The notes below the pieces were generated by a model. It had not been told where the DNA came from. It saw only the letters and a list, made by a program, of their open reading frames with translations, and did not search any database. Below, in pieces: positions 1-11,883 of a stretch of 64,000 bases of DNA. Made by a program: the position numbers and the translations under genes. How positions within the stretch are numbered: position 1 is the first letter of the stretch; every line of letters begins with the position of its first letter. Where the stretch lies: positions 13,721-77,720 of the forward strand of contig JADLET010000077.1 of assembly GCA_020845975.1 (NCBI GenBank). Direction: 5' to 3'. The stretch is from Gammaproteobacteria bacterium. GTDB taxonomy: Bacteria; Pseudomonadota; Gammaproteobacteria; SZUA-140.

Positions 1-2240
<2,240 letters not shown>

Positions 2241-2316
2241 CGTTTGTTGTGCTTATGGCTGGGTGGGCGGCGCGCGGGCGCGGCAAGGCCAGATTATAAC
2301 CGATGCGCGCGCGTTT

Positions 2317-3177
2317 TCAGCGGTTTTCGCCCGCGCTCACGCGCCGCAGCATGCGATCGAGCAGGCGCTGGGGCAGCAGGCGGCGCGCCCATGCGAACAG
2401 ATGGGTTGGGAAGGTGACGTAGTAACGTGCGCGTGGGCGCGGGCTTTCGAGCGCCAGGATCAGCTTTTCCAGCACCGCCTCCGGCGGCAGTGTGAACGGC
2501 GCGGCGGGCCCCGGTTTGCTCAGGCGCCGCTCCATGCCCTCGTAGCGCGCGCGGTGCGCGCTGGTGGCCGGGTCGACGTGACGGTGGAAGGCGGCGCGCG
2601 CATTGACGCGGAAGCGGCTCGCGATCGGGCCGGGCTCGAGCAGCGCCACGTGAATGCCGCTGTCCGACAGCTCGAGTCGAAGGGTGTCGGTGAGCCCTTC
2701 GAGGGCGAACTTGCTGGCGTTGTACGCACCGCGATAGGGCAGGGCAACCAGGCCGAGCAGCGAGCTGTTGTTGACGATACGGCCATGGCCCTGCGCCCGC
2801 ATCACCGGGATCGCGAGATTGATGAGCTCCAGCGTGCCGAACAGATTCGTCTCGAATTGCGCGCGCAGCGCCGCGCGGGTCAGGTCCTCGACCGCGCCCG
2901 GCTGACCGTAGGCGGCATTGTTGAACAGGGCGTCGAGTGTGCCGCCGGTGGCGGCGAGCACCGCGGCGAACGCGGCATGGATCGATACCGGATCGTCGAG
3001 ATCCAGTTGCAGGCTCTCGAATCCCTCGCCCGCCAGGCGCGCGACGTCCTCCGGTTTGCGCGCCGTCGCGAACACGCGATACCCGCGCGCCTTCAAGCCG
3101 CGCGCCGCGCATTCGCCGATGCCGGAGGAACAGCCGGTGATCAGGATGGAGCGGTCGGGAATATCGCGTGCTTTCAT
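2317..3177 (-). CDS. Short-chain dehydrogenase/reductase (SDR) family oxidoreductase
   Basis: 286 aa ORF. N-terminal TGCSSGIG Rossmann motif; YxxxK (YNASK) catalytic motif. Confidence 0.85.
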   Translation of the reverse strand: MKARDIPDRSILITGCSSGIGECAARGLKARGYRVFATARKPEDVARLAGEGFESLQLDLDDPVSIHAAFAAVLAATGGTLDALFNNAAYGQPGAVEDLTRAALRAQFETNLFGTLELINLAIPVMRAQGHGRIVNNSSLLGLVALPYRGAYNASKFALEGLTDTLRLELSDSGIHVALLEPGPIASRFRVNARAAFHRHVDPATSAHRARYEGMERRLSKPGPAAPFTLPPEAVLEKLILALESPRPRARYYVTFPTHLFAWARRLLPQRLLDRMLRRVSAGENR

Positions 3178-3222
3178 GATCGAATGGGGCGCCAGGCGTC
3201 AGTTATACGAATTTGGGTATAA

Positions 3223-3326
3223 GGCGTGATGGGTGATGAGTAAAGGGTGATTAAGTGTAAATGCCTTTTGATGAGGCTGATAGGCTGGCACTACGCTTCT
3301 TGCCATCACCCATCACCCATCACGCC
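3223..3326. repeat. Intergenic hairpin element with GTGATGG/CCATCAC heptamer-tandem arms (copy A)
   Basis: Left arm ggcgtgatgggtgatgag... is reverse-complementary to right arm ...ccatcacccatcacccatcacgcc, with a ~45 nt loop. Overlaps the 3' end of the 3320..3988 gene. Confidence 0.8.
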
Positions 3327-3988
3327 AACAACACCGCCACAATCCCCGTCAGGAAGATCCCGTCGAATGTCCCCGCGCCGCCGATGGAGGCGATCGGAAC
3401 ACCCATGCGGCGGATATTGCCGAGGCGCAGCAGGTCGGCGCCGATGAGCACGCCCAGTGTGCCGCAGATGTAGGCGAGCGGGGCGCTCTGTTCGCTGTTG
3501 ATCAGCAGGGCGACGATTGCCGCCGTGAGCGGGGCGATGAAGATCGGCATGCCAATGCCGATGCCGGCGATCGGGCGGCTGAAGGCGTGGCACACCGCGG
3601 CGACCAGCGCCGTCGCGATCAGAACCTGATCGAGCGGCAGGGGATGGTGCTGCATCAGGTAGAACGAAAAGGCCACCGGGATCAGCGCGCCGCCGACGTT
3701 GATCACGATCAGGGTGCGGCCCTTGAATTCCTTCATCGCCTGCTGCAGCAGGCCGCGCAGTCGCTCCGGTACCTGATCGAGTGGCGCGGCCTCGGCGGAC
3801 ACGCTGAACAGCGGCAGATTGATCGCGCTGCCGAACAGCGAGCTGAACAGCAGCAGGATGGCGGAATGCTGCGACAGGCCCAGTTTCTCGAAGGCAATGG
3901 TCAGCGCGCCGACCTGGATAAAGGCGATCAGGAAACCGATCAGCAGGATGAAGCCGAAGAGGTAAAGCGGTGAGAAGGGTGTTTTCAT
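3320..3988 (-). CDS. Polytopic membrane protein (DUF1614-like, tentative)
   Basis: 222 aa, highly hydrophobic with multiple predicted TM segments. Family assignment is from memory only. Confidence 0.5.
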   Translation of the reverse strand: MKTPFSPLYLFGFILLIGFLIAFIQVGALTIAFEKLGLSQHSAILLLFSSLFGSAINLPLFSVSAEAAPLDQVPERLRGLLQQAMKEFKGRTLIVINVGGALIPVAFSFYLMQHHPLPLDQVLIATALVAAVCHAFSRPIAGIGIGMPIFIAPLTAAIVALLINSEQSAPLAYICGTLGVLIGADLLRLGNIRRMGVPIASIGGAGTFDGIFLTGIVAVLLA

Positions 3989-3996
3989 GTCGGGAA

Positions 3997-4245
3997 GGCA
4001 GGACTAAGGACTAAGGACTAAGGACTAAGGACTGAGTAAAACCCTGAAACATCCGCATCGCGGGCCGGCGGATATTGCAGCCCGGATGAAGGCGCGGAGC
4101 GCCGGGATCCAGGAGGCGATATCCCCGGATTCCGCTGCGCTCCATCCGGGCTACGATTTTTCGTTCAGCCCGGGTTGCGCAGCCTGCGGATTCAGGGTTT
4201 ATGCTCTTCACTTAGTCCTTAGTCCTTAGCTCTGAGTTCTGAGCT
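3997..4245. repeat. Intergenic inverted repeat with GGACTAA x5 / TTAGTCC x3 heptamer-tandem arms (copy E)
   Basis: Left arm (ggactaa)5...taaaaccctgaa is reverse-complementary to right arm ttcagggttta...cttagtccttagtcctta. The ~140 nt GC-rich loop is itself palindromic (ccggatg...catccgg). Confidence 0.8.
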
Positions 4246-6034
4246 ATGAGCCCACATCCGCCGTCTTCGCCCCATGCTCGCGCTGTTCCTGCTGCAGCTC
4301 CCACATCCGGGCGTAGACACCGGCGGCGGCGAGCAGATTGCGATGGGAGCCCTGTTCGACCAGGCGGCCATTTTCCATCACGAGGATGCGGTCGGCGTCG
4401 ACAACAGTCGACAGGCGGTGGGCAATGACCAGCGTGGTATGGTCGGCGGCGACTTCGCGCAGCGCGCGCAGGATGGCCTGCTCGGACTCCGAGTCCAGCG
4501 CCGAGGTGGCCTCGTCGAAGACCATGATACGTGGTTGCTTGAGGATGGCGCGCGCGATCGCGATGCGTTGTTTCTCGCCGCCGGAGACCTTCAGTCCGCG
4601 TTCGCCGACCATTGTGTCGAAACCTTCGGGCAGGGCCGCGATAAAACGTGTCAGATGCGCCAGTTCCGCCGCGCGCTCGACTTCGGCCCGGCTCGCTTCC
4701 GGGCGCGCATAGGCGATGTTGTAGTAGATGGTGTCATTGAACAGCACGGTATCCTGCGGAACGATGGCGATGGCCGCGCGCAGGCTCTGCTGGGCGACGT
4801 CGCGTATATCGATGCCGTCGATGCGGATCACGCCCGTCTCGACATCGTAGAAGCGGAACAGCAGGCGCACCAGCGTCGACTTGCCGCTGCCGCTCGCGCC
4901 CACCACCGCGACCTTGTGGCCGGGCGGGATCTCGAAGCTGACGTCGTCGAGGATGCGGCGCCGCGAGTTGGAGCCGAAGACGACATGTTCGAAGGTGACG
5001 TGGCCGCGCCCCTCGGGCAGCGCCGGCGCCTGCGGCCGGTCGTTGACATCGCGCTGCTCGTCCAGCAGGCGGAACATGCGTTCCATATCGGCCAGCGAGT
5101 GCTTGATTTCGCGATAGACGAAGCCGAGGAAGTTCATCGGAATGAACATCTGCATCATGTAGACATTGATCATGACCAGATCGCCCAGCGTCATGCCGCC
5201 GCCCGCCACGCCGCGTCCGGCGAGCAGCAGCATGCCGGTCATGCCGAAAGTGATGATGGCGCCCTGGCCGATATTGAGCGAGGCGAGCGAGGTCTGGTTC
5301 CTGACCGCGGCGGTCTCCCAGTCGCGCAGGTTGGCGTCGTAACGGCGCGCCTCGTAGTCCTCGTTGCCGAAGTATTTCACCGTCTCGTAATTGAGCAGGC
5401 TGTCGATGGCCCGGGTGCTGGCCCTGGAATCCATCTCGTTCATTTCGCGCCGGAACTTCATGCGCCACTCGGTCACCAGCAGGGTGAAGGCGATGTAGAT
5501 CACCGCGCAGCCGAACGGAATCACGGCGAACCAGACGTCGTAGTTGATCAGCAGCACGGCGGCGATCAGGCCGATCTCGAGCAAGGTCGGCAGGATGTTG
5601 AACACCATGAAGTTGAGCAGGAAGCCGATGCCGCGGCTGCCGCGCTCGATGTCGCGCGACACGCCGCCGGTCTGGCGGTCGAGGTGGAAGCGCAGCGAGA
5701 GGGAGTGCAGGTGGCGGAAGACCTGCAGCGCGATGCGCCGGATCGAACTCTGGGTGACCTTGGCGAAGATCGCATCGCGCAGTTCCCCGAACACCACCCC
5801 GGCGAGGCGCACCAGGCCATAGCCCAGGATCAGGCCAAGCGGCACCAGGATGACCGGCTGCAGACTGGCGTCGAGGGCGTCGACGATGTGCTTCAGAACC
5901 AGCGGCACGCCGACATTGGCGACCTTGGCCAGGACCAGGCAGGAAAGGGCGAGCGCCACCCGGGGCTTGTGTTCCCACAGATAGGGCAGCAGGGTCTTGA
6001 GGGTACGCCAGTCGTTGCGTTCGGGCGGGGTCAT
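4244..6034 (-). CDS. ABC transporter permease/ATP-binding protein (ABCB/ATM1-HMT1-like exporter)
   Basis: Six-TM exporter domain followed by an NBD with Walker A GASGSGKST, signature LSGGEKQR and Walker B. Start placed at internal ATG (MTPPERNDW...). The long upstream extension in the ORF track is not supported. Confidence 0.85.
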   Translation of the reverse strand: MTPPERNDWRTLKTLLPYLWEHKPRVALALSCLVLAKVANVGVPLVLKHIVDALDASLQPVILVPLGLILGYGLVRLAGVVFGELRDAIFAKVTQSSIRRIALQVFRHLHSLSLRFHLDRQTGGVSRDIERGSRGIGFLLNFMVFNILPTLLEIGLIAAVLLINYDVWFAVIPFGCAVIYIAFTLLVTEWRMKFRREMNEMDSRASTRAIDSLLNYETVKYFGNEDYEARRYDANLRDWETAAVRNQTSLASLNIGQGAIITFGMTGMLLLAGRGVAGGGMTLGDLVMINVYMMQMFIPMNFLGFVYREIKHSLADMERMFRLLDEQRDVNDRPQAPALPEGRGHVTFEHVVFGSNSRRRILDDVSFEIPPGHKVAVVGASGSGKSTLVRLLFRFYDVETGVIRIDGIDIRDVAQQSLRAAIAIVPQDTVLFNDTIYYNIAYARPEASRAEVERAAELAHLTRFIAALPEGFDTMVGERGLKVSGGEKQRIAIARAILKQPRIMVFDEATSALDSESEQAILRALREVAADHTTLVIAHRLSTVVDADRILVMENGRLVEQGSHRNLLAAAGVYARMWELQQEQREHGAKTADVGS

Positions 6035-6163
6035 GTCCCGCAGCTTACCGGGCGCCGTTCCCCCAGGCAACGCGGCGAGATTCAGTCCTGCTCTTCTGTC
6101 GACTTGAAATTTCTGGGAAAATCCCCATTTACTGGATGGTTTGATCTGAATGGGGTTAAGAAC

Positions 6164-6445
6164 ATGCCGATTTACGAGTACGCCTGCGAATCCTGCGGGC
6201 ATGAGCTGGAAGTGATGCAGAAGATGAGTGATGCGGCGCTGGCCGATTGCCCCGCCTGTGGCAAGCCGGCGCTGAAGAAGCTGATTTCAGCCGCGGGCTT
6301 CGTTCTCAAGGGGGGCGGCTGGTACGCCACCGATTTCCGCGACAAGGGCAAGAAGAAAGGCGCCGTCGGCGACGCGGCGGAATCCAAGGAGGCCGCTCCG
6401 GCGCCCGCTTGCGGTTCGGGCGGCTGCGACGCCTGTTCGGACTGA
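6164..6445 (+). CDS. FmdB-family zinc-ribbon protein
   Basis: MPIYEYACESCGHELEV...DCPACG: CxxC...CxxC zinc ribbon typical of the FmdB family. Shares a frame with a long spurious ORF in the track. Confidence 0.8.
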   Translation: MPIYEYACESCGHELEVMQKMSDAALADCPACGKPALKKLISAAGFVLKGGGWYATDFRDKGKKKGAVGDAAESKEAAPAPACGSGGCDACSD

Positions 6446-6457
6446 GCCGGCGGTCGC

Positions 6458-7084
6458 ATGGTCTTTCTGCGCAAATATCTCATTGCCGGTCTGATCGTCT
6501 GGGTCCCGCTGGGCGCGACCCTTCTGGTCATCAAGGTCGTGGTCGACCTGCTGGATCAGGTGTTGCTGATCCTGCCCGAGCATTACCATCCCGATGCCCT
6601 GCTGGGATTCCACATCCCTGGTCTTGGCGTCCTGTTGTCAGTGGCCATCGTGTTTACCACCGGGGTGGTGGTGGCCAATCTGTTCGGGCGTCAGCTGGTG
6701 GCGGCCTGGGAGGGGTTGATGGGACGCATCCCGCTGGTGCGCACCATTTATATGAGCGTCAAGCAGCTCACCGAGTCCGTTTTTACCTCCAACGGGACCT
6801 CGTTCCGCAAGGTGCTGCTGATCCAGTTCCCGAGCGCGGGGATGTGGACGATGGCCTTTTACACCGGCGAGCTGGCGGGCGAGGCGCGCGAGCGTCTGTC
6901 ACAGGACCTGATCAGCGTCTACGTCCCGACCGTCCCGGTGCCGACGACCGGTTATTTCATCATGATGTCGCGCGCCGACGTGATCGAGCTCGACATGTCG
7001 GTGGACGAGGCGCTCAAGATGATGCTGACCCTCGGCGTGGTCATCCCGGAATGGAAGAAGCAGGAGTTGACCGGACAGGTCTAA
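6458..7084 (+). CDS. DUF502 family membrane protein
   Basis: 208 aa. Two N-terminal TM helices, then the conserved DUF502 core (RIPLVRTIYMSVKQL). The FmdB-DUF502-aspS arrangement is common in gammaproteobacteria. Confidence 0.75.
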   Translation: MVFLRKYLIAGLIVWVPLGATLLVIKVVVDLLDQVLLILPEHYHPDALLGFHIPGLGVLLSVAIVFTTGVVVANLFGRQLVAAWEGLMGRIPLVRTIYMSVKQLTESVFTSNGTSFRKVLLIQFPSAGMWTMAFYTGELAGEARERLSQDLISVYVPTVPVPTTGYFIMMSRADVIELDMSVDEALKMMLTLGVVIPEWKKQELTGQV

Positions 7085-7086
7085 CA

Positions 7087-7111
7087 GGGGCGGATTTATA
7101 AATCCGTCCCC
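7087..7111. repeat. REP-like palindrome GGGGCGGATTTATAAATCCGTCCCC (family 2)
   Basis: Near-perfect 25-bp palindrome immediately after the DUF502 stop. Probably a terminator/REP. Confidence 0.75.
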
Positions 7112-7237
7112 GCCCTGCTTGCCTGGCGGGCAGACTTCAAGCCTGTCCCCATTCTTTCTGTAGTGATAGAATACCCCGTTCACTTGGCCGCGGCTGGTTC
7201 GAGCTTCGTTTCCGACACCCAACTTTCTATTGGATCT

Positions 7238-9013
7238 ATGCGCACCCATTACTGCGGTCACGTTACCGAGGCCCTGGTCGACCAGGAGGTTGAACTCTAC
7301 GGCTGGATGCATCGCCGGCGTGACCATGGCGGCGTGATCTTCGTCGACCTGCGCGACCGCGAGGGTCGGGTGCAGGTGGTGTTCGATCCTTCCGTGCCCG
7401 ACAGCTTCCTGGTGGCCGAAAAGGTGCGCAGCGAATACGTGCTGAGCGTGAAGGGCCGCGTACGGCTGCGCCCCGAGGGTAGCGCGAACCCCGATCTGCC
7501 GACCGGCAAGGTCGAGGTGCTGTGCCACGAGCTCGAGATCCTGAATCCGGCGGAGACGCCGCCGTTCATGCTCGACGAGGACAGCGAGGTGAACGAGGAC
7601 GTGCGCCTGCGCTACCGCTATCTCGACCTGCGCCGCCCGCTCATGTTGCGCAACCTTACGCTGCGCTCGCGCGTGGCGCGCACGCTGCGCTGCTATCTCG
7701 AGGATCAGGGGTTCATGGAGATCGAAACCCCGATCCTGACCAAGTCCACGCCGGAAGGCGCGCGCGACTTCCTGGTGCCCAGCCGTAACAGCCAGGGCGA
7801 GTTCTACGCGCTGCCGCAGTCGCCGCAGTTATTCAAACAGCTGCTGATGGTGGCCGGCATGGACCGCTACTACCAGATCGTGCGCTGTTTCCGCGATGAG
7901 GACCTGCGCGCCGACCGTCAGCCCGAATTCACCCAGCTCGATATCGAAACCTCCTTCCTCAACGACGAGCAGTTGATGACGCTGATGGAGCGCATGATTC
8001 GCACGCTGTTCGCCGAGGTGCTGGAGGTGGCGCTGCCCGATCCGTTCCCGCGCATGACCCATGCCGAGGCGGTGGCGCGTTTCGGCATCGACCGGCCCGA
8101 CCTGCGCATCCCGCTCGAGCTGACCGAAATCACCGACCTGATGAAGTCCGTGGACTTCAAGGTCTTCACCGGCCCGGCCAACGACCCGCCCGGCCGCGTC
8201 GCCGCGCTGCGCCTGCCCGGCGGCGGCGAGCTGACGCGCAAGGAGATCGACGACTACACCCAGTTCGTCGCCATCTACGGTGCGAAGGGTCTGGCCTACA
8301 TCAAGGTCAATGCGCGCGCCGTCGGCCGCGAGGGCCTGCAGTCGCCGATACTCAAGTTCCTGCCCGACGATGTGATTGAGGAGATCCTGGAGCGACCCGG
8401 CGCGGAGGATGGCGACCTGATCTTCTTCGGCGCCGACAAGGCCAAGATCGTCAACGAATCCCTCGCCGCGCTGCGCGTCAGGCTGGGTCATGACCGCGGC
8501 CTGGTCGAGCACGGCTGGCGCCCGCTGTGGGTGGTCGATTTCCCGATGTTCGAGTGGGACGACAAATCCAGCCGCTGGGCCGCGCTGCACCACCCCTTCA
8601 CGCGGCCGCGCGTCAAGGACGCCGCCGAGCTGGAGGCCGCGCCCGGCAAGGCCACCTCATTCGCCTATGACATGGTGCTGAACGGCACCGAGATCGGCGG
8701 CGGCTCGATCCGTATCCATCGCAGCGAGATCCAGTCGACGGTGTTCCGCCTGCTCGGCATCAGCGACGAGCAGGCCGAGGCGAAGTTCGGCTTCCTGCTG
8801 CGCGCGCTGAAGTTCGGCTGCCCGCCCCATGGCGGCATCGCCTTCGGTCTCGACCGCCTCGTCATGCTGATGACGGGCTCGCCGTCGATCCGTGATGTGA
8901 TCCCGTTCCCGAAGACCCAGACCGGCGCCTGCCTGCTGACCGAGGCGCCATCGCCGGTCGACGAGGATCAGCTGCGCGAGCTCGGCATCCGCGTCCGCAC
9001 GCCGGCCTCCTGA
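7238..9013 (+). CDS. aspS: Aspartate--tRNA ligase
   Basis: 591 aa from ATG (MRTHYCGH...). Class II aaRS motifs and a bacterial-type insertion domain; length matches AspRS. Confidence 0.9.
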   Translation: MRTHYCGHVTEALVDQEVELYGWMHRRRDHGGVIFVDLRDREGRVQVVFDPSVPDSFLVAEKVRSEYVLSVKGRVRLRPEGSANPDLPTGKVEVLCHELEILNPAETPPFMLDEDSEVNEDVRLRYRYLDLRRPLMLRNLTLRSRVARTLRCYLEDQGFMEIETPILTKSTPEGARDFLVPSRNSQGEFYALPQSPQLFKQLLMVAGMDRYYQIVRCFRDEDLRADRQPEFTQLDIETSFLNDEQLMTLMERMIRTLFAEVLEVALPDPFPRMTHAEAVARFGIDRPDLRIPLELTEITDLMKSVDFKVFTGPANDPPGRVAALRLPGGGELTRKEIDDYTQFVAIYGAKGLAYIKVNARAVGREGLQSPILKFLPDDVIEEILERPGAEDGDLIFFGADKAKIVNESLAALRVRLGHDRGLVEHGWRPLWVVDFPMFEWDDKSSRWAALHHPFTRPRVKDAAELEAAPGKATSFAYDMVLNGTEIGGGSIRIHRSEIQSTVFRLLGISDEQAEAKFGFLLRALKFGCPPHGGIAFGLDRLVMLMTGSPSIRDVIPFPKTQTGACLLTEAPSPVDEDQLRELGIRVRTPAS

Positions 9014-9327
9014 CGGCGCCGTTGCCGGGAATCCCCGCCCATTCAAGATGTCTTGGCCGGGGCTCGTGTCCTGCGCGCTGATGCTTTGCTAAGATGGACG
9101 CAGGCTACCCCTTGATTTGCGGCGCGAGTGCAGCCACGTTGTAGTTGAAGGCCCTCTTGAGGAATCACATCAACGTCATGCCCGCACAGGCGGACACCCA
9201 TGACGGCGAGCCTCCGGATTCCCGCTTGCGCGGGAGCGACGAATCGGCTGAGAGGGGGTGCCCGGCCTGCGTTCGCGGACGGGCCGCGTGACCCGCGAAA
9301 ATGACGCGCAGGAGAGGAAGCAAAGCC

Positions 9328-10425
9328 ATGACCGCCACCGCCACCATCGCCCCGCCCGCGCCGGCCATCACCGACGAGGACTGGGATGTCCGCATCCGCG
9401 CCGCCAGGGCGACGCTGGGCGAGCGTCTGCTTATCCTCGGTCATCACTACCAGCGCGAGGAAGTGTACCGTCATGCCGATGTGAGCGGTGATTCGCTCAA
9501 GCTGTCGCGGCAGGCGGCCGACTCGCGCGCCGAATACATCGTGTTCTGCGGCGTGCATTTCATGGCCGAGGTGGCCGACATCCTGACTCGCCCGGAGCAG
9601 CAGGTGATCCTGCCGGATCTCAGCGCCGGTTGTTCCATGGCCGACATGGCCAACCTCGCCAAGGTCGAGCGCGCCTGGCGTGAGCTGGCCTCGGTGCTCG
9701 CTCCCGACGAGACCGTGACGCCGGTGACCTACATCAATTCCGCCGCCGACCTCAAGGCCTTTTGTGGACGGCACGGCGGCATCGTCTGCACCTCCTCGAA
9801 CGCCGCGCGCATCCTCGAGTGGTCGTTCGCGCGGCGCGAGAAGGTTCTGTTCTTCCCCGATCAGCACCTCGGCCGCAACACGGGTTACCGCATGGGCATT
9901 CCGCTCGAGCAGATGGTGACCTGGGATTTCACGCTGCCGCTGGGCGGCCTGACGCCGGAACAGATCCGGAATGCACGCATTATTCTATGGAAGGGATTCT
10001 GCTCGGTGCACCAGATGTTCCGCCCCGAGCACATCGACCGGTTCCTCGCCCAGCATCCCGATGCCAAAGTGATCTCCCACCCGGAGTGTGCCTTCGAGGT
10101 GTGCCAGAAGTCGGACTTCGTCGGTTCCACCGAATACATCATCCGGACCATCGCAGATTCCGCCCCAGGTACGCGCTGGCTGGTCGGCACCGAGCTGAAT
10201 ATGGTGCAGCGCCTGCATGAGCGCCACCGTCACGAGGGCAAGTCGGTGCACTTCATGTCGCCGACCATCTGCATGTGCTCGACCATGTTTCGCATCGACC
10301 CGCCCCACCTGTGCGCGGCGCTGGAGGCGCTGGTCGAGGGCCGCGTGATCAACCGGATCACCGTGCCGCCCGACGAAGCCGCCGAGGCGCGGCTGGCGCT
10401 GAAGCGGATGCTGGAGATCAGATGA
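9328..10425 (+). CDS. nadA: Quinolinate synthase
   Basis: NadA family similarity over the full length, with HPEC and conserved Cys ligands. RBS aggagagga precedes the ATG at 9328. Confidence 0.85.
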   Translation: MTATATIAPPAPAITDEDWDVRIRAARATLGERLLILGHHYQREEVYRHADVSGDSLKLSRQAADSRAEYIVFCGVHFMAEVADILTRPEQQVILPDLSAGCSMADMANLAKVERAWRELASVLAPDETVTPVTYINSAADLKAFCGRHGGIVCTSSNAARILEWSFARREKVLFFPDQHLGRNTGYRMGIPLEQMVTWDFTLPLGGLTPEQIRNARIILWKGFCSVHQMFRPEHIDRFLAQHPDAKVISHPECAFEVCQKSDFVGSTEYIIRTIADSAPGTRWLVGTELNMVQRLHERHRHEGKSVHFMSPTICMCSTMFRIDPPHLCAALEALVEGRVINRITVPPDEAAEARLALKRMLEIR

Positions 10426-10430
10426 TGCAA

Positions 10431-10549
10431 GGCGTGATGGGTAATGGGTGATGAGTCATGAGTCATGAGTAGCAAGGGGATGACTTGACAGGTTATTTGA
10501 GCCGCATTGCACTCCTTGCCATCACCCATCACCCATCACCCATCACCCC
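10431..10549. repeat. Hairpin element with GTGATGG/CCATCAC heptamer-tandem arms (copy B)
   Basis: ggcgtgatgggtaatgggtgatgagtcatgagtcatgag ... ccatcacccatcacccatcacccatcacccc. Sits immediately after the nadA stop. Confidence 0.8.
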
Positions 10550-11242
10550 GTGAAATCCTCTCCCGTGAGAAGGGCAGGCGATCCCGTCTCCGAGGCTGGC
10601 GGCGTGACTGTCGTCTTCCTCCACGGCATCTGGATGAGCGGCCTCGACATGGCGCTGCTGCGCCGCCGCCTGGGCGCCTGCGGTTTTCCGGTTAGGCAAT
10701 TTTCCTATCCGAGCGTGCGTGTCCCGCCGCGCGAGAACGCCGCGCGCCTGCAGCGCTGGCTCGCCGGTATTAAAGCCGGCACGGTGCATTTCGTCGCGCA
10801 CAGCCTGGGCGGACTGGTGGTGCGCTGGCTACTGCACGATTTTCCGGACCAGCGGCCCGGACGAATCGTCACCCTCGGCACGCCACATTCGGGCAGTCGT
10901 GCCGCGGCTGCCGTTGCCCGAGTGCCGTTGCTGCGCCGGGCGCTGGGCGCGAGCGTGGAGTGGGGCCTGCTCGGCGACCTCCCGTCCTGGGACGGTGCGC
11001 ACGAGCTCGGCGTCATCGCCGGTACGCGCGAGTTCGGCATCGGGCGTTTCTTTACCCGCCTGGCGCCGCCCCACGACGGCACAGTGGAGGTCGACGAGAC
11101 CTGTCTCGACGGCATGACGGATTTCGTCACGGTTCACGCCACGCATCTGGGAATGCTCTATTCCGCGGCGGCCGCGCGGCAGGTGTGCGCCTTTCTCGCC
11201 GGCGGACGTTTCCTTCCCGGGAAAGACGACAGGTCTGCTTAA
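10550..11242 (+). CDS. Alpha/beta-hydrolase fold protein (lipase/esterase-like)
   Basis: VVFLHG oxyanion region and GXSXG nucleophile motif (AHSLGG). GTG start uncertain; an alternative start exists a few codons downstream. Confidence 0.65.
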   Translation: MKSSPVRRAGDPVSEAGGVTVVFLHGIWMSGLDMALLRRRLGACGFPVRQFSYPSVRVPPRENAARLQRWLAGIKAGTVHFVAHSLGGLVVRWLLHDFPDQRPGRIVTLGTPHSGSRAAAAVARVPLLRRALGASVEWGLLGDLPSWDGAHELGVIAGTREFGIGRFFTRLAPPHDGTVEVDETCLDGMTDFVTVHATHLGMLYSAAAARQVCAFLAGGRFLPGKDDRSA

Positions 11243-11268
11243 TTTCCCGGGGACGGAGTGGTAAATCC

Positions 11269-11294
11269 GTCCCCTGCCTGCGACAGTTACAAGC
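11269..11294. repeat. REP-like palindrome GGGGACGGAGTGGTAAATCCGTCCCC (family 2)
   Basis: Inverted repeat 3' of the hydrolase gene. Same arm sequence as the 7087 and 54521 copies. Confidence 0.7.
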
Positions 11295-11364
11295 GGCGGA
11301 AAAATCGCTACACTGCAACCAATTCCGCTCCGTACCCGTCCCCACGGGGGATGACACTCACTTT

Positions 11365-11883
11365 ATGGCACGCATACTCGGCATAGACCCCGGCTCCCGC
11401 GTGACCGGTTTCGGCGTGATCGAGACCGGCGGACGCAAACCTGTGTATATCGCGAGCGGTTGCGTGCGCAGCAACGATCCCGACCTCGCGCAGCGCCTGC
11501 GCATCATCTTCGAGGGTCTGCGCGCGGTCATCGCCGAACACCGGCCCGACGAGGCGGTGATCGAGAACGTCTTCGTCAAGCACAACGTCGAATCCGCCCT
11601 CAAGCTCGGCCAGGCGCGCGGCGCTGCGATCACTGCGCTCGCCATACATGGCCTTGCGGTGCACTCCTACACTCCGGCCCAGATCAAGCTCGCCGTCGCC
11701 GGCAAGGGCAACGCCGCCAAAGTCCAGATCCAGCACATGGTGCGCGCGCTGCTCAGCCTGTCGGCGGCGCCGCAGGCCGATGCCGCCGATGCGCTCGCCT
11801 GCGCCTTGTGCCATTGCCATACCGGGACGACACTTGCCCGCATCGCCCGTGCCGGCGCGCTGACGCGGGAGCGGCGCCTGTGA
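11365..11883 (+). CDS. ruvC: Crossover junction endodeoxyribonuclease RuvC
   Basis: MARILGIDPGSRVTGFGV... RuvC catalytic D-G-S region. 172 aa. Confidence 0.9.
   Translation: MARILGIDPGSRVTGFGVIETGGRKPVYIASGCVRSNDPDLAQRLRIIFEGLRAVIAEHRPDEAVIENVFVKHNVESALKLGQARGAAITALAIHGLAVHSYTPAQIKLAVAGKGNAAKVQIQHMVRALLSLSAAPQADAADALACALCHCHTGTTLARIARAGALTRERRL

Noticed and set aside
3247-3473. Small ORFs ending ...GVMGDG or containing HHPSPITHH (3247..3447, 3261..3473, 3306..3593, 10507..10695, 10529..10801, 18948..19161)
   Set aside because: They arise from translating the GTGATGG/CCATCAC heptamer arms of the hairpin repeats. They are repeat-derived and not coding.
4274-6445. 723-aa plus-strand ORF antisense to the ABC transporter, and a 414-aa minus-strand off-frame ORF at 4734..5978
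   Set aside because: The plus-strand ORF is antisense to a confidently called ABC exporter. Only its last 93 codons (the FmdB zinc ribbon, 6164..6445) look like a real protein; the rest is R/G/D-rich noise.
9043-9867. 274-aa minus-strand ORF overlapping the nadA 5' region, and 12375..13598 minus-strand (407 aa) antisense to ruvB
   Set aside because: These are antisense to well-supported genes (nadA, ruvB) and have a wrong-frame amino-acid composition.
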